A stretch of 57,890 nucleotides of DNA. It comes from Acidobacteriota bacterium (GTDB lineage Bacteria; Acidobacteriota; Thermoanaerobaculia; UBA5066; Gp7-AA6). A program made the position numbers and the translations under genes. Below are positions 8,581-18,685 of the stretch, in pieces. Below the pieces are notes generated by a model. That model had not been told where the DNA came from. It saw only the letters and a list, made by a program, of their open reading frames with translations, and searched no databases. Location: positions 1 through 57,890 of the forward strand of contig JBKPSZ010000194.1 in NCBI GenBank assembly GCA_046735265.1, written 5' to 3'. Position 1 is the stretch's first letter, and each line of letters starts with the position of its first letter.

Positions 8581-9222
8581 ATGGCTTCGGCGCGGTTCGT
8601 GGGTCCGACTCTGGCGGGCCTTTTCGCTCTCTCGGCCATGGCTTCGGCCCGGACGGGCGAAGCCGGTCGGAAGCCCGCCGGCGATTCGTACATGCTCGTC
8701 CGGGGTGAGCACTGGTCGATCTCGAGCGGCTCCCTCGCGGACCTGCGGGCGACCCGGCGCCGCTTCTCCGGCGACTTCCTCTGGGCCCGCCGCGGCGGCC
8801 GCGAGGTCCTGATTCGGGATCCCAAGACGCTCGGCGAGGCGGTTTCCTTTTTCGACGCGCTCCGGGAAATCGAGCCGGACCAGCAGGCGCTCGAGAGCAA
8901 GCAGCGGGAGCTCGAGCGGCGCCAGAACGCCCTCGACCGGCAGGAGGAAGAGAACGATCGAGAGCTCGACCGGATGAGCGACGACGACGAGGACGGCTCC
9001 GCGCCCGCCGCTTCGAATGAGGACCGCCGGCGCCTGGAAGACCGGCGGCGGGAGCTCGAATCGCGGGGACGCGAGCTCGAGACCGAGGAGCGCTCGCTCG
9101 AGGCGGAGGAGCGCTCCCTCGACGAGCGGGCCGACGCGCTCGAAAAAGAGGCGGAGGCCCGGCTCTGGCGGCTGATCGACCGCGCGATCGCCGACGGCCG
9201 CGCGGAAGACGCGCGGCGCTGA
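8581..9222 (+). CDS. hypothetical secreted protein with Glu/Arg-rich coiled-coil C-terminus
   Basis: In-frame ATG 8581 within ORF 8491..9222, with an AGGAGGGAGG-type RBS just upstream. Signal-peptide-like MASARFVGPTLAGLFALSAMASA. The C-terminus is ERRQNALDRQEEENDRELDR...RELESRGRELETEERSLEAEERSLDE. I recognise no family. Confidence 0.55.
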   Translation: MASARFVGPTLAGLFALSAMASARTGEAGRKPAGDSYMLVRGEHWSISSGSLADLRATRRRFSGDFLWARRGGREVLIRDPKTLGEAVSFFDALREIEPDQQALESKQRELERRQNALDRQEEENDRELDRMSDDDEDGSAPAASNEDRRRLEDRRRELESRGRELETEERSLEAEERSLDERADALEKEAEARLWRLIDRAIADGRAEDARR

Positions 9223-9243
9223 CGCCGGCGGCTCGAATCGCGG

Positions 9244-10071
9244 TTAGCGGAGCCGCTCCCGCAGAAACGCGACCGTGCGCGGCCAGGCCTGTTCGGCGGC
9301 CTTCGCGTTCGCGCCGTCCCTCTCCGCGAGCTGGCGGAGGAAGCCGTGACCCGCGCCGTCGTAGGTGTGGACCTCGTACGATTTCCCGAGCCTCTTCATT
9401 TCGGCCTCGGCGGGCGGGACCGTCGCGTTGACGCGCGCGTCGTCGCCTCCGTAGAGGCCGAGCACCGGAGCGCGAAGGCCCGCGAGCGCCGCGGCCTCGG
9501 GGGAGCTGCCGTAGTAGACGACCGCGGCGTCGAGCGACGGCTGGGTCGTGGCGTAGGCGAAGCTGCGCGCCCCTCCCCAGCAGAAGCCGACGGTGCCGCT
9601 CTTTCCGTTGGACGCGGGCAACGCGACCGCCCAGGCGCGGGCGGCGTCGAGACGCAAGGTCGCCTCTTCCGGCGAGAGCCCGCGAACGAGCGCCACGGCG
9701 GCGTCCCGCCCTCCCGCCGACTCCGTTCCCCCGCCGCCCGGCCCGCGCCCCGAGATGAGATCCGGAGCCACGGCGATGAATCCCTCCCGGGCGAGCCGAT
9801 CCGCCACGCCGCGGATCCAGTCGGTCAGACCGAAGACCTCATGGATCACGACGACGACGCCCGCCCTGTCCTTGCGCTCGGGATAGACGATCCAGGTCCG
9901 GATCGGGACGGAGTCCTTCCCCCCTTTCACGTCGATCCACTCTCCGTGGCGGGGCGACTTCTCCAGAGCCGCCCGCGCCTGGTCTTCCGGCGGGGGAAGG
10001 AGAGGAACGCCGCCCGACTCCGGGGTCACGAGACCGAAGAGAACGAAGGCGAGAAGCGCGGACGCGGTCAT
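9244..10071 (-). CDS. dienelactone hydrolase family protein (secreted)
   Basis: 275 aa with a signal peptide. IHEVFGLTDWIRGVADRLAREGF, nucleophile motif GFCWGG, and a C-terminal GAGHGF. Confidence 0.8.
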   Translation of the reverse strand: MTASALLAFVLFGLVTPESGGVPLLPPPEDQARAALEKSPRHGEWIDVKGGKDSVPIRTWIVYPERKDRAGVVVVIHEVFGLTDWIRGVADRLAREGFIAVAPDLISGRGPGGGGTESAGGRDAAVALVRGLSPEEATLRLDAARAWAVALPASNGKSGTVGFCWGGARSFAYATTQPSLDAAVVYYGSSPEAAALAGLRAPVLGLYGGDDARVNATVPPAEAEMKRLGKSYEVHTYDGAGHGFLRQLAERDGANAKAAEQAWPRTVAFLRERLR

Positions 10072-10132
10072 GGGACCTCCTCCGGTTCGACCGCGGCCGA
10101 TTCTACGGCGCGCCCGGCCGTTCGCAGCGCAA

Positions 10133-11917
10133 TCAGGGCTTCCCGATCGGAACCTCGAGAGCGCTCGGATGCGCCGCGTCGTGCAGCAGGGTCACGTGCG
10201 CCGTCTTCGCGTCGCGAGCGCTCTCGTCGGCGACCACGCCCCCTCCGTTGTAGTTCTTCTGCGAGCCGATCGAGTTGATGCAGTGCACGAGGAGCCGCAG
10301 GCGGCTCCCTTTCGCGACTCGCCTCGAGAAGAACGTGAAGTTGTCGAAGACGTACTTTTCCGGCTTTCCGGAAGGCACCGGTTTGGCCTCGCGGAGCGAC
10401 TCGCGGTAGCGCGCCCGCATCGTCGCCCCGGAGAGGAACACGGACCCGCCGTCGGGCAGGATCTCGTAGAGCGCCACCTCGAGGTCGGTGTCCGGAACGT
10501 CCATCGAGAGCCAGAGAGTCAGCTTCGCAAAGCCCGTCAGCTCCGTCGCCTCGGGGAACGGATCGCCGTGGTAGATCGCTCCGTTGCCGAAGAGGTTCAT
10601 CAACGCCCGCTGCGAGATCAGGTTGTTCGGATCCTCGTCGAGCTCGGCGGCGCCGGGGCGGGTGTCGAGCGGGTCGTAGTTCCACCGGTCGGAGGCCGCG
10701 GCCGAGGCGGGCTCTTCCGAGAGCGATCCGGATCGAAAGACGTCGCCCGCCGTCCCGTTGGAGGAGAGCGCGAGGACGCGCCGCTCTTTGGTCGCCTCCT
10801 CGATCGTGTCGGCGTACTTCCACTCCTCGGCGCCGACGACGTAGTACGCGACCCGCTTCTTCAGGAAGGCCGGTTTCGCTGCTCCCTTCATCGTCCAGTC
10901 GTACCAGTCGCGGTGCAGCCCGTTCAAATCGAGGAGGCTCGCGGGGCCGAACTTGAGACCCCCCACTTCCGCCTTGGGCGTCCGCGTCCCGGCGTGATCC
11001 CAGGGGCCGACGATCAGGTAGTGATTCTGCCGGGCGTCCGCGGTCCCGGACTTCATGTGCCGGGAGTAGTAGACGAAAGCGCCCGGCTGGTCTCCGTCGT
11101 AATCTCCCGTGATCGTCAGAATGGGAATGGCGAGACGCGCGTACTGCTCCGCCGAGGGAACCATGGCGTCGTAGTAGGCGTCGGGCGTCGGATGCTGCAG
11201 CCACTTCTGGAAGACCGGGGAGGGATTGCCGACGAGGCGGTCGTACTCCCGAAATGCGGCGTGGGACTCGTAGTACTCGCGCGCCTTGGCTCCCCAGAAG
11301 CCGGCGGCGCCGAACAGGTTCCCGTTTCCGGTGACGCCGCTCGTGAACGTCAGCCACTGCATGTCGTAAGGGGTGAAGATGTTGTACTGGAACGGAAAGT
11401 CGGTCCCGGGGTGCGCCGCGGCTGCCGGGACGATCGTCGAGAGGTGAGGCGGCAGCTCCTTCGCCGTCGACCACTGGTCGAAGCCGGCGTAGGAGCCTCC
11501 CCACATCGCGACCTTCCCGCTGCACCAGGGCTGGGCGGCGAGCCACTCGACGATGTCGTGGCCGTCGCGTCCGTCGTGAGCGAACGGCTCGTACTCTCCG
11601 CCGGAGTTCCCCCTTCCGCGGACGTCCACGAGCGCGAACACGTAGCCGTGCGCACCGAAGTAGAACGCCCGCTCGAGATAGCTGTCGGAGATGTAGGGGG
11701 TCAACGTGAAGACGGCGGGCAGCTTCTCTTTCTGACCGCGAGGACGGTAGATCGTCGCGTTCAGAGAGACGCCGTCCCGCATCGGGATCTTGACGGCCCA
11801 CTGCATGTCCACGTTCGCGCCGGCTGGCGGCTCGTCGGCGAGCAACCGGTCTCCCGCCAGGGACAGGAGCGCGGCCGCCAGGATGGCTCGCGAGCCGTCT
11901 CGCACTCTCGAAGTCAT
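10133..11917 (-). CDS. CocE/NonD-family hydrolase (S15 X-Pro dipeptidyl-peptidase-like)
   Basis: 594 aa with a signal peptide. LTPYISDSY, VDVRGRGNSGGEYEPF, HDIVEWLAAQPWCSGKVAMWGGSYAGF (GxSxG). Confidence 0.85.
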   Translation of the reverse strand: MTSRVRDGSRAILAAALLSLAGDRLLADEPPAGANVDMQWAVKIPMRDGVSLNATIYRPRGQKEKLPAVFTLTPYISDSYLERAFYFGAHGYVFALVDVRGRGNSGGEYEPFAHDGRDGHDIVEWLAAQPWCSGKVAMWGGSYAGFDQWSTAKELPPHLSTIVPAAAAHPGTDFPFQYNIFTPYDMQWLTFTSGVTGNGNLFGAAGFWGAKAREYYESHAAFREYDRLVGNPSPVFQKWLQHPTPDAYYDAMVPSAEQYARLAIPILTITGDYDGDQPGAFVYYSRHMKSGTADARQNHYLIVGPWDHAGTRTPKAEVGGLKFGPASLLDLNGLHRDWYDWTMKGAAKPAFLKKRVAYYVVGAEEWKYADTIEEATKERRVLALSSNGTAGDVFRSGSLSEEPASAAASDRWNYDPLDTRPGAAELDEDPNNLISQRALMNLFGNGAIYHGDPFPEATELTGFAKLTLWLSMDVPDTDLEVALYEILPDGGSVFLSGATMRARYRESLREAKPVPSGKPEKYVFDNFTFFSRRVAKGSRLRLLVHCINSIGSQKNYNGGGVVADESARDAKTAHVTLLHDAAHPSALEVPIGKP

Positions 11918-11994
11918 GGTGCCTCCTCGGAATGGGCGTCGCGCATGCTATCGCGGCGCCGCCGCATCGGCAGATAATCCGCGCGCACTGACCC

Positions 11995-13455
11995 ATGCGC
12001 CGCAACCTCCTCGTCTACGGGCTGTCGGTCGTGCTCTTCGGAGCGGGAATCGGTTTGGCGCTCCTGCGAGGCGGCCGGCTCGTATCCACCGGGGCGGCGG
12101 CCGAAGGAGTCCGGGCGGCCGAGCGATCCCCCGCCGCGGCCCGTCCGGCGGCCACGGGAGTCCGGGAGCGGCTCCGGGAGCCGCTCCCGCTTCTCCTCCT
12201 TCAGCTGATCGTGATCGTCTGCGCCGCCCGGCTCTGCGGGACGGCCATCCAGAGACTCGGCCAGCCGGCGGTGATCGGAGAGATCGTCGCCGGAATCGCG
12301 CTCGGACCGTCACTGCTCGGCGCGATCGCGCCGGGTGTCTCCGCCTTCCTGTTTCCCGCTTCCTCCGCGGGCGTTCTGAAACTGTTCGCCGAGATCGGAG
12401 TTCTGCTCTTCCTCTTCGTCGTCGGCCTGGAGCTCGACGTCGGCGCGCTTCGGGGGCGCGCGCAGGCGGCGGTCGTGGTCAGCCACGCGAGCATCGTGGT
12501 CCCGTACTTCCTCGGCGTCGCCCTGGCGCTGCCTCTTTTCCCGACACTCGCGCCCGCCGGAACGCGATTCGTTCCGTTTGCGCTCTTCCTCGGCATCGCT
12601 CTCTCCATCACGGCGTTCCCGGTGCTCGCCCGCATCCTCGAGGAGAGGAACCTGATGCGCACACCGCTCGGAGGACTCGCGATCGCCTGCGCGGCGGTCG
12701 ATGACGCCACGGCGTGGAGCCTCCTCGCGCTCGTCGTCGCGACCGCTCAGGCCACCGGGTTCGCCGGCGCCCTCGGCACGATCCTGTGGACGATCGCCTT
12801 CGTCGCCGCGATGCTGTGGGGCGTCGGACCGCTTCTGCGCCGCGCGCTCTCGGGAGAGGCGGCCCGGGAAGAGCCGAGCAAGATCGCTCTCGCGGGTGCG
12901 CTTCTCGTGCTCCTCGCGAGCGCCCTCGCGACGGAGATCATCGGGATCCATGCCCTCTTCGGCGCCTTTCTCGCCGGCGTCGTGATGCCGCGCGACTCGC
13001 GGTTTCGCCGTTATCTCGCCGACCGCCTCGAGAGATTCAGCTCCGTGTTCCTTCTTCCGCTCTTCTTCGCTTTCACCGGGCTCCGGACGCAGATCGGACT
13101 CCTCTCCGACGCCGCGAGCTGGGGGACCTGTCTTCTCGTGATCCTCGTCGCCACCGCGGGCAAGCTCGGCGGAGGCATGCTCGCGGCGCGCTTGACCAGA
13201 ATGAGCTGGCCCGACTCCTTCGCGCTCGGGGCGTTACTCAACACGCGAGGGCTGATGGAGTTGATCGCGCTGAACATCGGGTACGAGCTCGGCATCCTGT
13301 CGCCGGAGATCTTCGCGATGATGGTGCTCATGGCCCTGGCGACGACGCTCGCGACCGGGCCTCTCCTGTCCTTCGCGGACGCCTGGCGGCGCGCCGCGGG
13401 GCGTGTCCCGGACGCCTCGCGCGACGAGCCGGCTACTCGAATCGAAGCGCGATGA
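11995..13455 (+). CDS. cation:proton antiporter (CPA2 / Kef-type Na+/H+ exchanger family)
   Basis: 486 aa polytopic protein. LLLQLIVIVCAARLCGTAIQRLGQPAVIGEIVAGIALGPSLLG is the typical CPA2 N-terminus. Confidence 0.85.
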   Translation: MRRNLLVYGLSVVLFGAGIGLALLRGGRLVSTGAAAEGVRAAERSPAAARPAATGVRERLREPLPLLLLQLIVIVCAARLCGTAIQRLGQPAVIGEIVAGIALGPSLLGAIAPGVSAFLFPASSAGVLKLFAEIGVLLFLFVVGLELDVGALRGRAQAAVVVSHASIVVPYFLGVALALPLFPTLAPAGTRFVPFALFLGIALSITAFPVLARILEERNLMRTPLGGLAIACAAVDDATAWSLLALVVATAQATGFAGALGTILWTIAFVAAMLWGVGPLLRRALSGEAAREEPSKIALAGALLVLLASALATEIIGIHALFGAFLAGVVMPRDSRFRRYLADRLERFSSVFLLPLFFAFTGLRTQIGLLSDAASWGTCLLVILVATAGKLGGGMLAARLTRMSWPDSFALGALLNTRGLMELIALNIGYELGILSPEIFAMMVLMALATTLATGPLLSFADAWRRAAGRVPDASRDEPATRIEAR

Positions 13456-15861
13456 CCGGATCGACCCGAGTGGCCCGCCGCGCGGGGATCCAGCAGGCCA
13501 GGAGACCGGCCGCCGCGAGCAGGAGCGCCACGCCCGCGTAGATCGCCGGATCGAGCCGCCCCGTCTCGAAGAGGAGGGTCGACAGGAACCGCGTCAGGAG
13601 AAGCGCGCCGGCGACCCCCGCGGCGAGGCCCGCGCCGGTCAGCGCCAGGCCCTGCCGCAGGACGAGCGCGAGAACGTCGCGCCGCCCCGCCCCGAGCGCG
13701 AGCCGGATGCCGACCTCGCGGGTCCGCCGCCCGACTCCTAGGAGATGACGCCATAGATTCCGATGACGGCGAGCAGGAGCGCCGCCGCTGCGAAGAAGCC
13801 AACGAGGGTCGTCCGGAAGCGCGGCTGCGAGACGGACTCGCGGACGATCTCGGTCATCGGCTGAATCGCCTCGATCGGCAGCGTCGGCGCGAGGGCCCGC
13901 ACTTCGTTCCGGAGCGCGGACGAGAGCCGGGCCGGATCGCCGGAGGCGCGCACCGAGACGTATGCCGCCCAGAACGGCTCCTGCGCGAAGGGGACGTACA
14001 TCTCCGGCCGCGACGGCGATCCGAGACCGTCGCGCCGCACGTCTCCGACGACGCCGACGATCTCCCGCGGCGTCGGTTCCGTGAACCCGAAGACGAGGCG
14101 CCGTCCGAGCGGGCTCTCGCCCGGGAAGAAACGCCGGGCGAACGCTTCGGAGACGAGGCAGACCGGCGGCGCCTCGGCGTCGTCCGACGCGGAGAAGAGC
14201 CGCCCCTGACGCAGCGGGATCTCGAGCACGCGGAAGTACTCGGGGGTGGCCGAGGTGTAGTTCGCGGAAGCGTCGCTGCCCTCGCGCTCCGGCGCTCGGC
14301 CCTCGACCTGAAAGGCGAAGTTCAGGCCGCCGCCGTAGAGCGGAAGCGGGAGCGAAGCGGCGACGCTCTGAACGCCCGGCTGCGCGGCGACGCGGTCGAC
14401 GAGGCTTCGGTAGAAGCTCCGCCACTGCCCGGGCTTCGAGTACTGGTTGCGCGGAAGCGACATCCCGGCGGTCAGCACGTGCGCCGGCTCGAACCCGAGC
14501 CGCACGCTCTGGAGCTTCAAGAAACTCCGTCCGAGGAGGCCCGCGCCGACGAGCAGGACGAAGGAGACCGCCGTCTCTCCGATCACGAGAAGCTGGCGGA
14601 GCCGCTTCTTTCCGCGGCTCTCTCCGGCGCCCGCCGAGCCCTCGCGCAGCGACTCGGTCAGCCCCGTGCCGGAGGCGGAGAGCGCGGGCGCCGTTCCGAA
14701 GATCGCCGCCGAGAGAAGCGAAGCGGCGAGCGAAAAGAGGAGGACCCGTCCATCGACCGCGATGCCGGCCGCGCGGGGCAGGTCGGCGGGAAGCCAGTGG
14801 CGCAGAGCTCCCATCGCCGAGTACGCGACGAGCAGGCCCAGGCCCCCCCCGGCGAGGCCCAGGACGAGGCACTCGGTCAGGAACTGGCGCACGAGCCGAC
14901 CGCGCCCCGCGCCGAGCGCCGTCCGGATGGCGACTTCTCTCTCGCGCGCGCTCGCCCGGGCGAGCAGCAGATTGGCGACGTTCGCGCAGGCGATCAGGAA
15001 CACCAGCCCGACCGCTCCGAGCAGGACGAGGAGGGCCGTTCGAACGCCGGCGACGACGCTCTCTCCGAGCGGGACGAGCCGGACTCCCCATCCCTCGTTT
15101 TCCTTCGGGAACTGGCGGGCGAGCGCGCTCTGGATCGTCGCGAGCTCCGCTTCGGCCTGCCCGATCGACACGCCGTCTTCGAGACGCCCGACGATCGTCA
15201 GGTAGTGCCCGCCCCGTTTCTGACGCAGGTCCGCGAAGACCGGGTCCTGCGCGATTGGAGTCCAGAGCTCGACGTCCGGATTTCCGGGAGGCGGGGCGAA
15301 GGACGCCGGCACGACGCCGACGATCGTGAAGGCGCGCTCGTCCAGGCGAACGGTCTTTCCGACGACCGCGGAGTCCGACGCGAAGCGCTCCTTCCAGAGC
15401 CGTTCCCCGAGGACCGCCACCGGAGGGGCGCCCGGCGCGTCGTCGCTCGGAACGAGCGAGCGGCCCAGAATCGGCTTGGCACCCAGAACGGCGAAGACGT
15501 TCGACGTCACGGTGCCCGCGACGACGAGCACCGGCTCTCCCCGTTCCGTCAGCGTGTAGTCGTGCCGGCGGATCGCGGCGAGACCCGAGAACGAGCGCTG
15601 GCGGCTCTCCCAATCCGCGTAGTTCAGGTACGACACGCCGTTTGTGAAAACGCCCTGCGACGGAAGGGTCTGATAGACGCGGACGAGACGCCCCGGCTCG
15701 GGGAACGGCAGCGGACGCAGGAGCACGGCGTCGACGACCGAAAAGATCGCGGTGTTCGTCCCGATCCCGAGCGCGATCGTGGCGAGGGCGACGGCCGTGA
15801 ACCCCGGGCTCTTTCGCAGCCCGCGCACCGCGAATCGAACGTCTTTCCAGAACGCGCTCAA
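13433..15861 (-). pseudogene. ADOP-family (MacB/FtsX-like) ABC transporter permease interrupted by a 1-nt frameshift near codon ~707
   Basis: ORF 13738..15861 (TTG start, MSAFWKDVRFAVRGLRKSPGF...) ends ...IGIYGVIS* at TAG 13738-13740. The conserved C-terminus continues in another frame (tail of ORF 13433..16594): RRTREVGIRLALGAG...CWIPARRATRVDPVIALRFE. Adding one base to the TA_ codon restores GIYGVISYGVGRRTREVGIRLALGA. Compare the intact paralogue, GLYGVIAYAVTRRRYEIGVRVAMGA. Confidence 0.8.
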
Positions 15862-15928
15862 GGGATCCTCCCTGAAGACAGCCTATCTTCGTTCGACGGA
15901 CCGCCACTCCTCTGGTTACGATTGCGTC

Positions 15929-16393
15929 GTGAGGCCATCGCGCGGGGCGCTTCGGCCGGGACCGATCGAGCTCGTCGCTCTCGCCGCGACTCTCTCGCTC
16001 GCCGCCTGCGTCACCGGAGCGCATCGTCCTCCCGACGACACCGGCGTCGTCGTCTACCAGGCGCCGTCCGGGCCCGACGGCCGCGTCGAGATGCCGGCCG
16101 GCTGCCGGCTCCTGGCCGAAGGACCCCGGCAGACCCTCTCCGAGGCGGACCTCGCGACACCCGACACCTTTCGAGAGGAACGCGCCCGGGCGGCGCGCTC
16201 CGGCGGGAACGTGCTCCTCCTGGTCGAGAGGCTGGTGGCGCCGCGTCAGGACTTCGACTGTGCGGCGGCGCAGCCGATCACCGACTGCCCGAAAACTCTG
16301 GGCGCCTGGTACGAAGTCGTGACGCGCTCCTACGATTGCGACGCCGCCGCGCGAAGCTCGCTGCCGCCGACCGTCGCGGCGCGCCGTCCCTGA
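15929..16393 (+). CDS. hypothetical lipoprotein
   Basis: In-frame GTG 15929 within ORF 15752..16393; the upstream part overlaps the ADOP gene. Lipobox LSLAAC after a basic N-terminus. I recognise no family. Confidence 0.45.
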   Translation: MRPSRGALRPGPIELVALAATLSLAACVTGAHRPPDDTGVVVYQAPSGPDGRVEMPAGCRLLAEGPRQTLSEADLATPDTFREERARAARSGGNVLLLVERLVAPRQDFDCAAAQPITDCPKTLGAWYEVVTRSYDCDAAARSSLPPTVAARRP

Positions 16394-16459
16394 CGCAGCG
16401 AAGGGCGGTGCGGATCTTGCACTTCGAGCGGGCGTGACCCGAGCCGCGAGAGACCGTTC

Positions 16460-18634
16460 TTGAGACGACGGCTCCTTCTCGTCGGCGCCGTCGTCCTCGG
16501 GCTCTTCGCCGTCGCGATCCTGGCGCTGCCTTACGTCGTCTCGCTGGAATCCACGAAGTCGCGCATCCTCGCGGCGGCGGAGTCGGCGTTGCACCGCCAG
16601 GTCGAGGCCGGCGCGATCCGGCTCGAGATCCTCTCGGGCCTCGGCGTGGGAATCGAAAAGGCGGCCGTGCGGAACGCGCCGGGATGGGAGAGCCCGACGC
16701 TTCTCTCCGCGGATCGCGTCTCCGTCAAGGTCGCCTTCTGGCCGCTTCTCGCGCGGCGGATCGAGGTGCGGCGCGTCGTCCTCGACGGCGTGACCCTCAC
16801 GGTCGAGCGCGATCCGAAAGGCGCGACGAACATCGACGATTTCCTGGCGACCGCGCCGGCGGAGTCACCGCGGCCGGAGCCGCCGGCTTCGGCGTCCGCC
16901 GCGGCGCTCCTGGTCTCCCGTCTCTCGATCGCGCGCGGCCGGCTCCTGTTCGTCGATCGAAAAGTCTCGCCCGGCCGGACCGTGACGACCTCGCTCGACG
17001 AGCTCACGGGCGAGATCTCCGAGTTCGGGCCTTCGACGGGCGGGAGATTCGATCTCTCCGCGCGTTTTCTCTCCGACGTGGGTCGCAACCTGTCTCTCGA
17101 GGGATCGCTCGCGGCCCCTCCGCCCGGCAAGGGCTTCGGCGACGCCTTGTTGAAAACCCGCCTCGACGTGAAGCGTCTGGCTCTGGGACGGCTCAGCCCT
17201 TATCTCGGGGGCGCGAAAGATCCCGGGATCCTCACACTCGACTCGACACTCGAAGGCGCGCCGCTCGGGCCGCTCAAGATCGCCAGCCGGCTCGCGCTCG
17301 AGCCCGGCGCACCCGCCTCCGCCGTCCCCGCGGTCGAGGGGCAGTTCGCCGGCACGCTCGATTGGCGCGGCGGAACTCTCGCGATCGAGAGATCTCCGAT
17401 CACCGTGGCCGGTCTTGCGCTCGCGGTCGAGGGGAGCCTCGAGGATGTCCGGACGACGCCCCGGGTCGACCTCCGTCTGCAGACGCCGGGAGAGGTTCCG
17501 CTCGAGCGCGTCACGGGTCTGCCCGGCCTCTCGGGCGCGCTTCCGGCAAACGTGAAGCTTTCGGGGCGCTTACGCCTCGACGCCGTTGCCCGGGGAACTC
17601 TCGCTGATCTCTCGACACAGGCGACGGTGGATGGCGCGCCCTTCGAGGCGCGGTTCGGAAGCGATCCCGTCTTCGCGGCGCCGTCGGTGCGTGCCACCCT
17701 GGGTGCCAAGGGAAAAGGTCCGATGGAGGGGCGGGTCACGGCGCCTTCGGGACGTCTCCAGAAGCTTCCTTTCGAGAACCTCGTCGCGGACTGGACGTGG
17801 GCGAAGGGTCTCCTGACCGTGATTCCGGCGGCCCGGGTGTTCGGCGGCGGACTGCGCGGGAGACTCGACGCCGACTTCTCGGCGCCCGGCGCGACCTCCC
17901 GGCTCGCGCTATCCCTGGACGGGGTGCGCGCGCAGCCCCTCGTCGAAACGCTCACCTCGGCGCGCAACGTGATCGCCGGCGACCTGACGGCGAACTTCTC
18001 GCTCGGAAGCCGCGGCCTGACGTGGGACGCCGTCTCGAAGACGGGGCGAGGCGATGGGAAGCTCACGATCGCGAACGCGGAGCTCCGGTCGCTCGAGCTC
18101 ATGCCCGCGGTCGCTCGGTCGCTCGGCGCGATCGGCGGAGTCGCCGGCTTCCGGGTCCCCCCGAGCCTGGAATCCACGAAATTCTCCCGGCTCGAGACCG
18201 GGCTGAGCCTGGCCGACGGGCGACTCGCGACGCCCGGTCTCCGGCTCTCGGGGCGCGACGTGGACGCGACGGCCGACGGATCCGTCGGTCTCGATCGGTC
18301 GCTCGCCTACGAGGGCAACGTCGAGGTCGGGCCGTCGGTCGTCAAGAGCCTCGGGAACGCCGGGAAGTATCTCGCCGACGCGCAGGGCTCGATCGCGCTT
18401 CCCTTCCGGGTGTCGGGGCTCGTCGGCGCGCCGAAGGTCGCCATCGAGGAAAAGGTGGTTCTCGACCTCGGCCGCCGCGCTCTCGCCCGCCAGACGAAGG
18501 AACGGCTCGGAGGCGACCTCGGCAAGGCGGTCGGAGACGCGCTGGAAGGAGGCGACGGCAAGTCCGGCTCGACGCTCGACATCCTGCAACGACTCCTGAA
18601 GGCGCCTCCGCCGACCCCGACGCCGCGGCACTGA
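16460..18634 (+). CDS. AsmA-family outer-membrane biogenesis protein
   Basis: 724 aa, TTG start. Single N-terminal TM (LLLVGAVVLGLFAVAILALPYVV) followed by a long beta-rich Gly/Ser/Leu region typical of AsmA/TamB-like proteins. Confidence 0.7.
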   Translation: MRRRLLLVGAVVLGLFAVAILALPYVVSLESTKSRILAAAESALHRQVEAGAIRLEILSGLGVGIEKAAVRNAPGWESPTLLSADRVSVKVAFWPLLARRIEVRRVVLDGVTLTVERDPKGATNIDDFLATAPAESPRPEPPASASAAALLVSRLSIARGRLLFVDRKVSPGRTVTTSLDELTGEISEFGPSTGGRFDLSARFLSDVGRNLSLEGSLAAPPPGKGFGDALLKTRLDVKRLALGRLSPYLGGAKDPGILTLDSTLEGAPLGPLKIASRLALEPGAPASAVPAVEGQFAGTLDWRGGTLAIERSPITVAGLALAVEGSLEDVRTTPRVDLRLQTPGEVPLERVTGLPGLSGALPANVKLSGRLRLDAVARGTLADLSTQATVDGAPFEARFGSDPVFAAPSVRATLGAKGKGPMEGRVTAPSGRLQKLPFENLVADWTWAKGLLTVIPAARVFGGGLRGRLDADFSAPGATSRLALSLDGVRAQPLVETLTSARNVIAGDLTANFSLGSRGLTWDAVSKTGRGDGKLTIANAELRSLELMPAVARSLGAIGGVAGFRVPPSLESTKFSRLETGLSLADGRLATPGLRLSGRDVDATADGSVGLDRSLAYEGNVEVGPSVVKSLGNAGKYLADAQGSIALPFRVSGLVGAPKVAIEEKVVLDLGRRALARQTKERLGGDLGKAVGDALEGGDGKSGSTLDILQRLLKAPPPTPTPRH

Positions 18635-18685
18635 GCGGCGGCCCGTCTCTCCGTCTAGAATCACGCGTTCTCCGAAGGAGGCTCG

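Noticed and set aside
8860-9130. Short direct repeats (GAGGAGCGCTCNCTCGA, GAGCTCGA...) that could be mistaken for a repeat array
   Set aside because: They are in-frame codon repeats encoding the Glu/Arg coiled-coil of the 8581..9222 protein. There is no spacer-repeat periodicity.
10068-12005. 645-aa (-) and 635-aa (+) ORFs overlapping the CocE/NonD gene
   Set aside because: These are alternative-frame or antisense shadows. Only frame 10133..11917 (-) contains the S15 hydrolase motifs.
13433-16594. 1053-aa minus-strand ORF
   Set aside because: Only its last ~100 residues (RRTREVGIRLALGAG...VIALRFE) are real coding sequence, namely the frameshifted C-terminus of the ADOP permease. The rest is an out-of-frame read through the ADOP gene and the lipoprotein and AsmA region.
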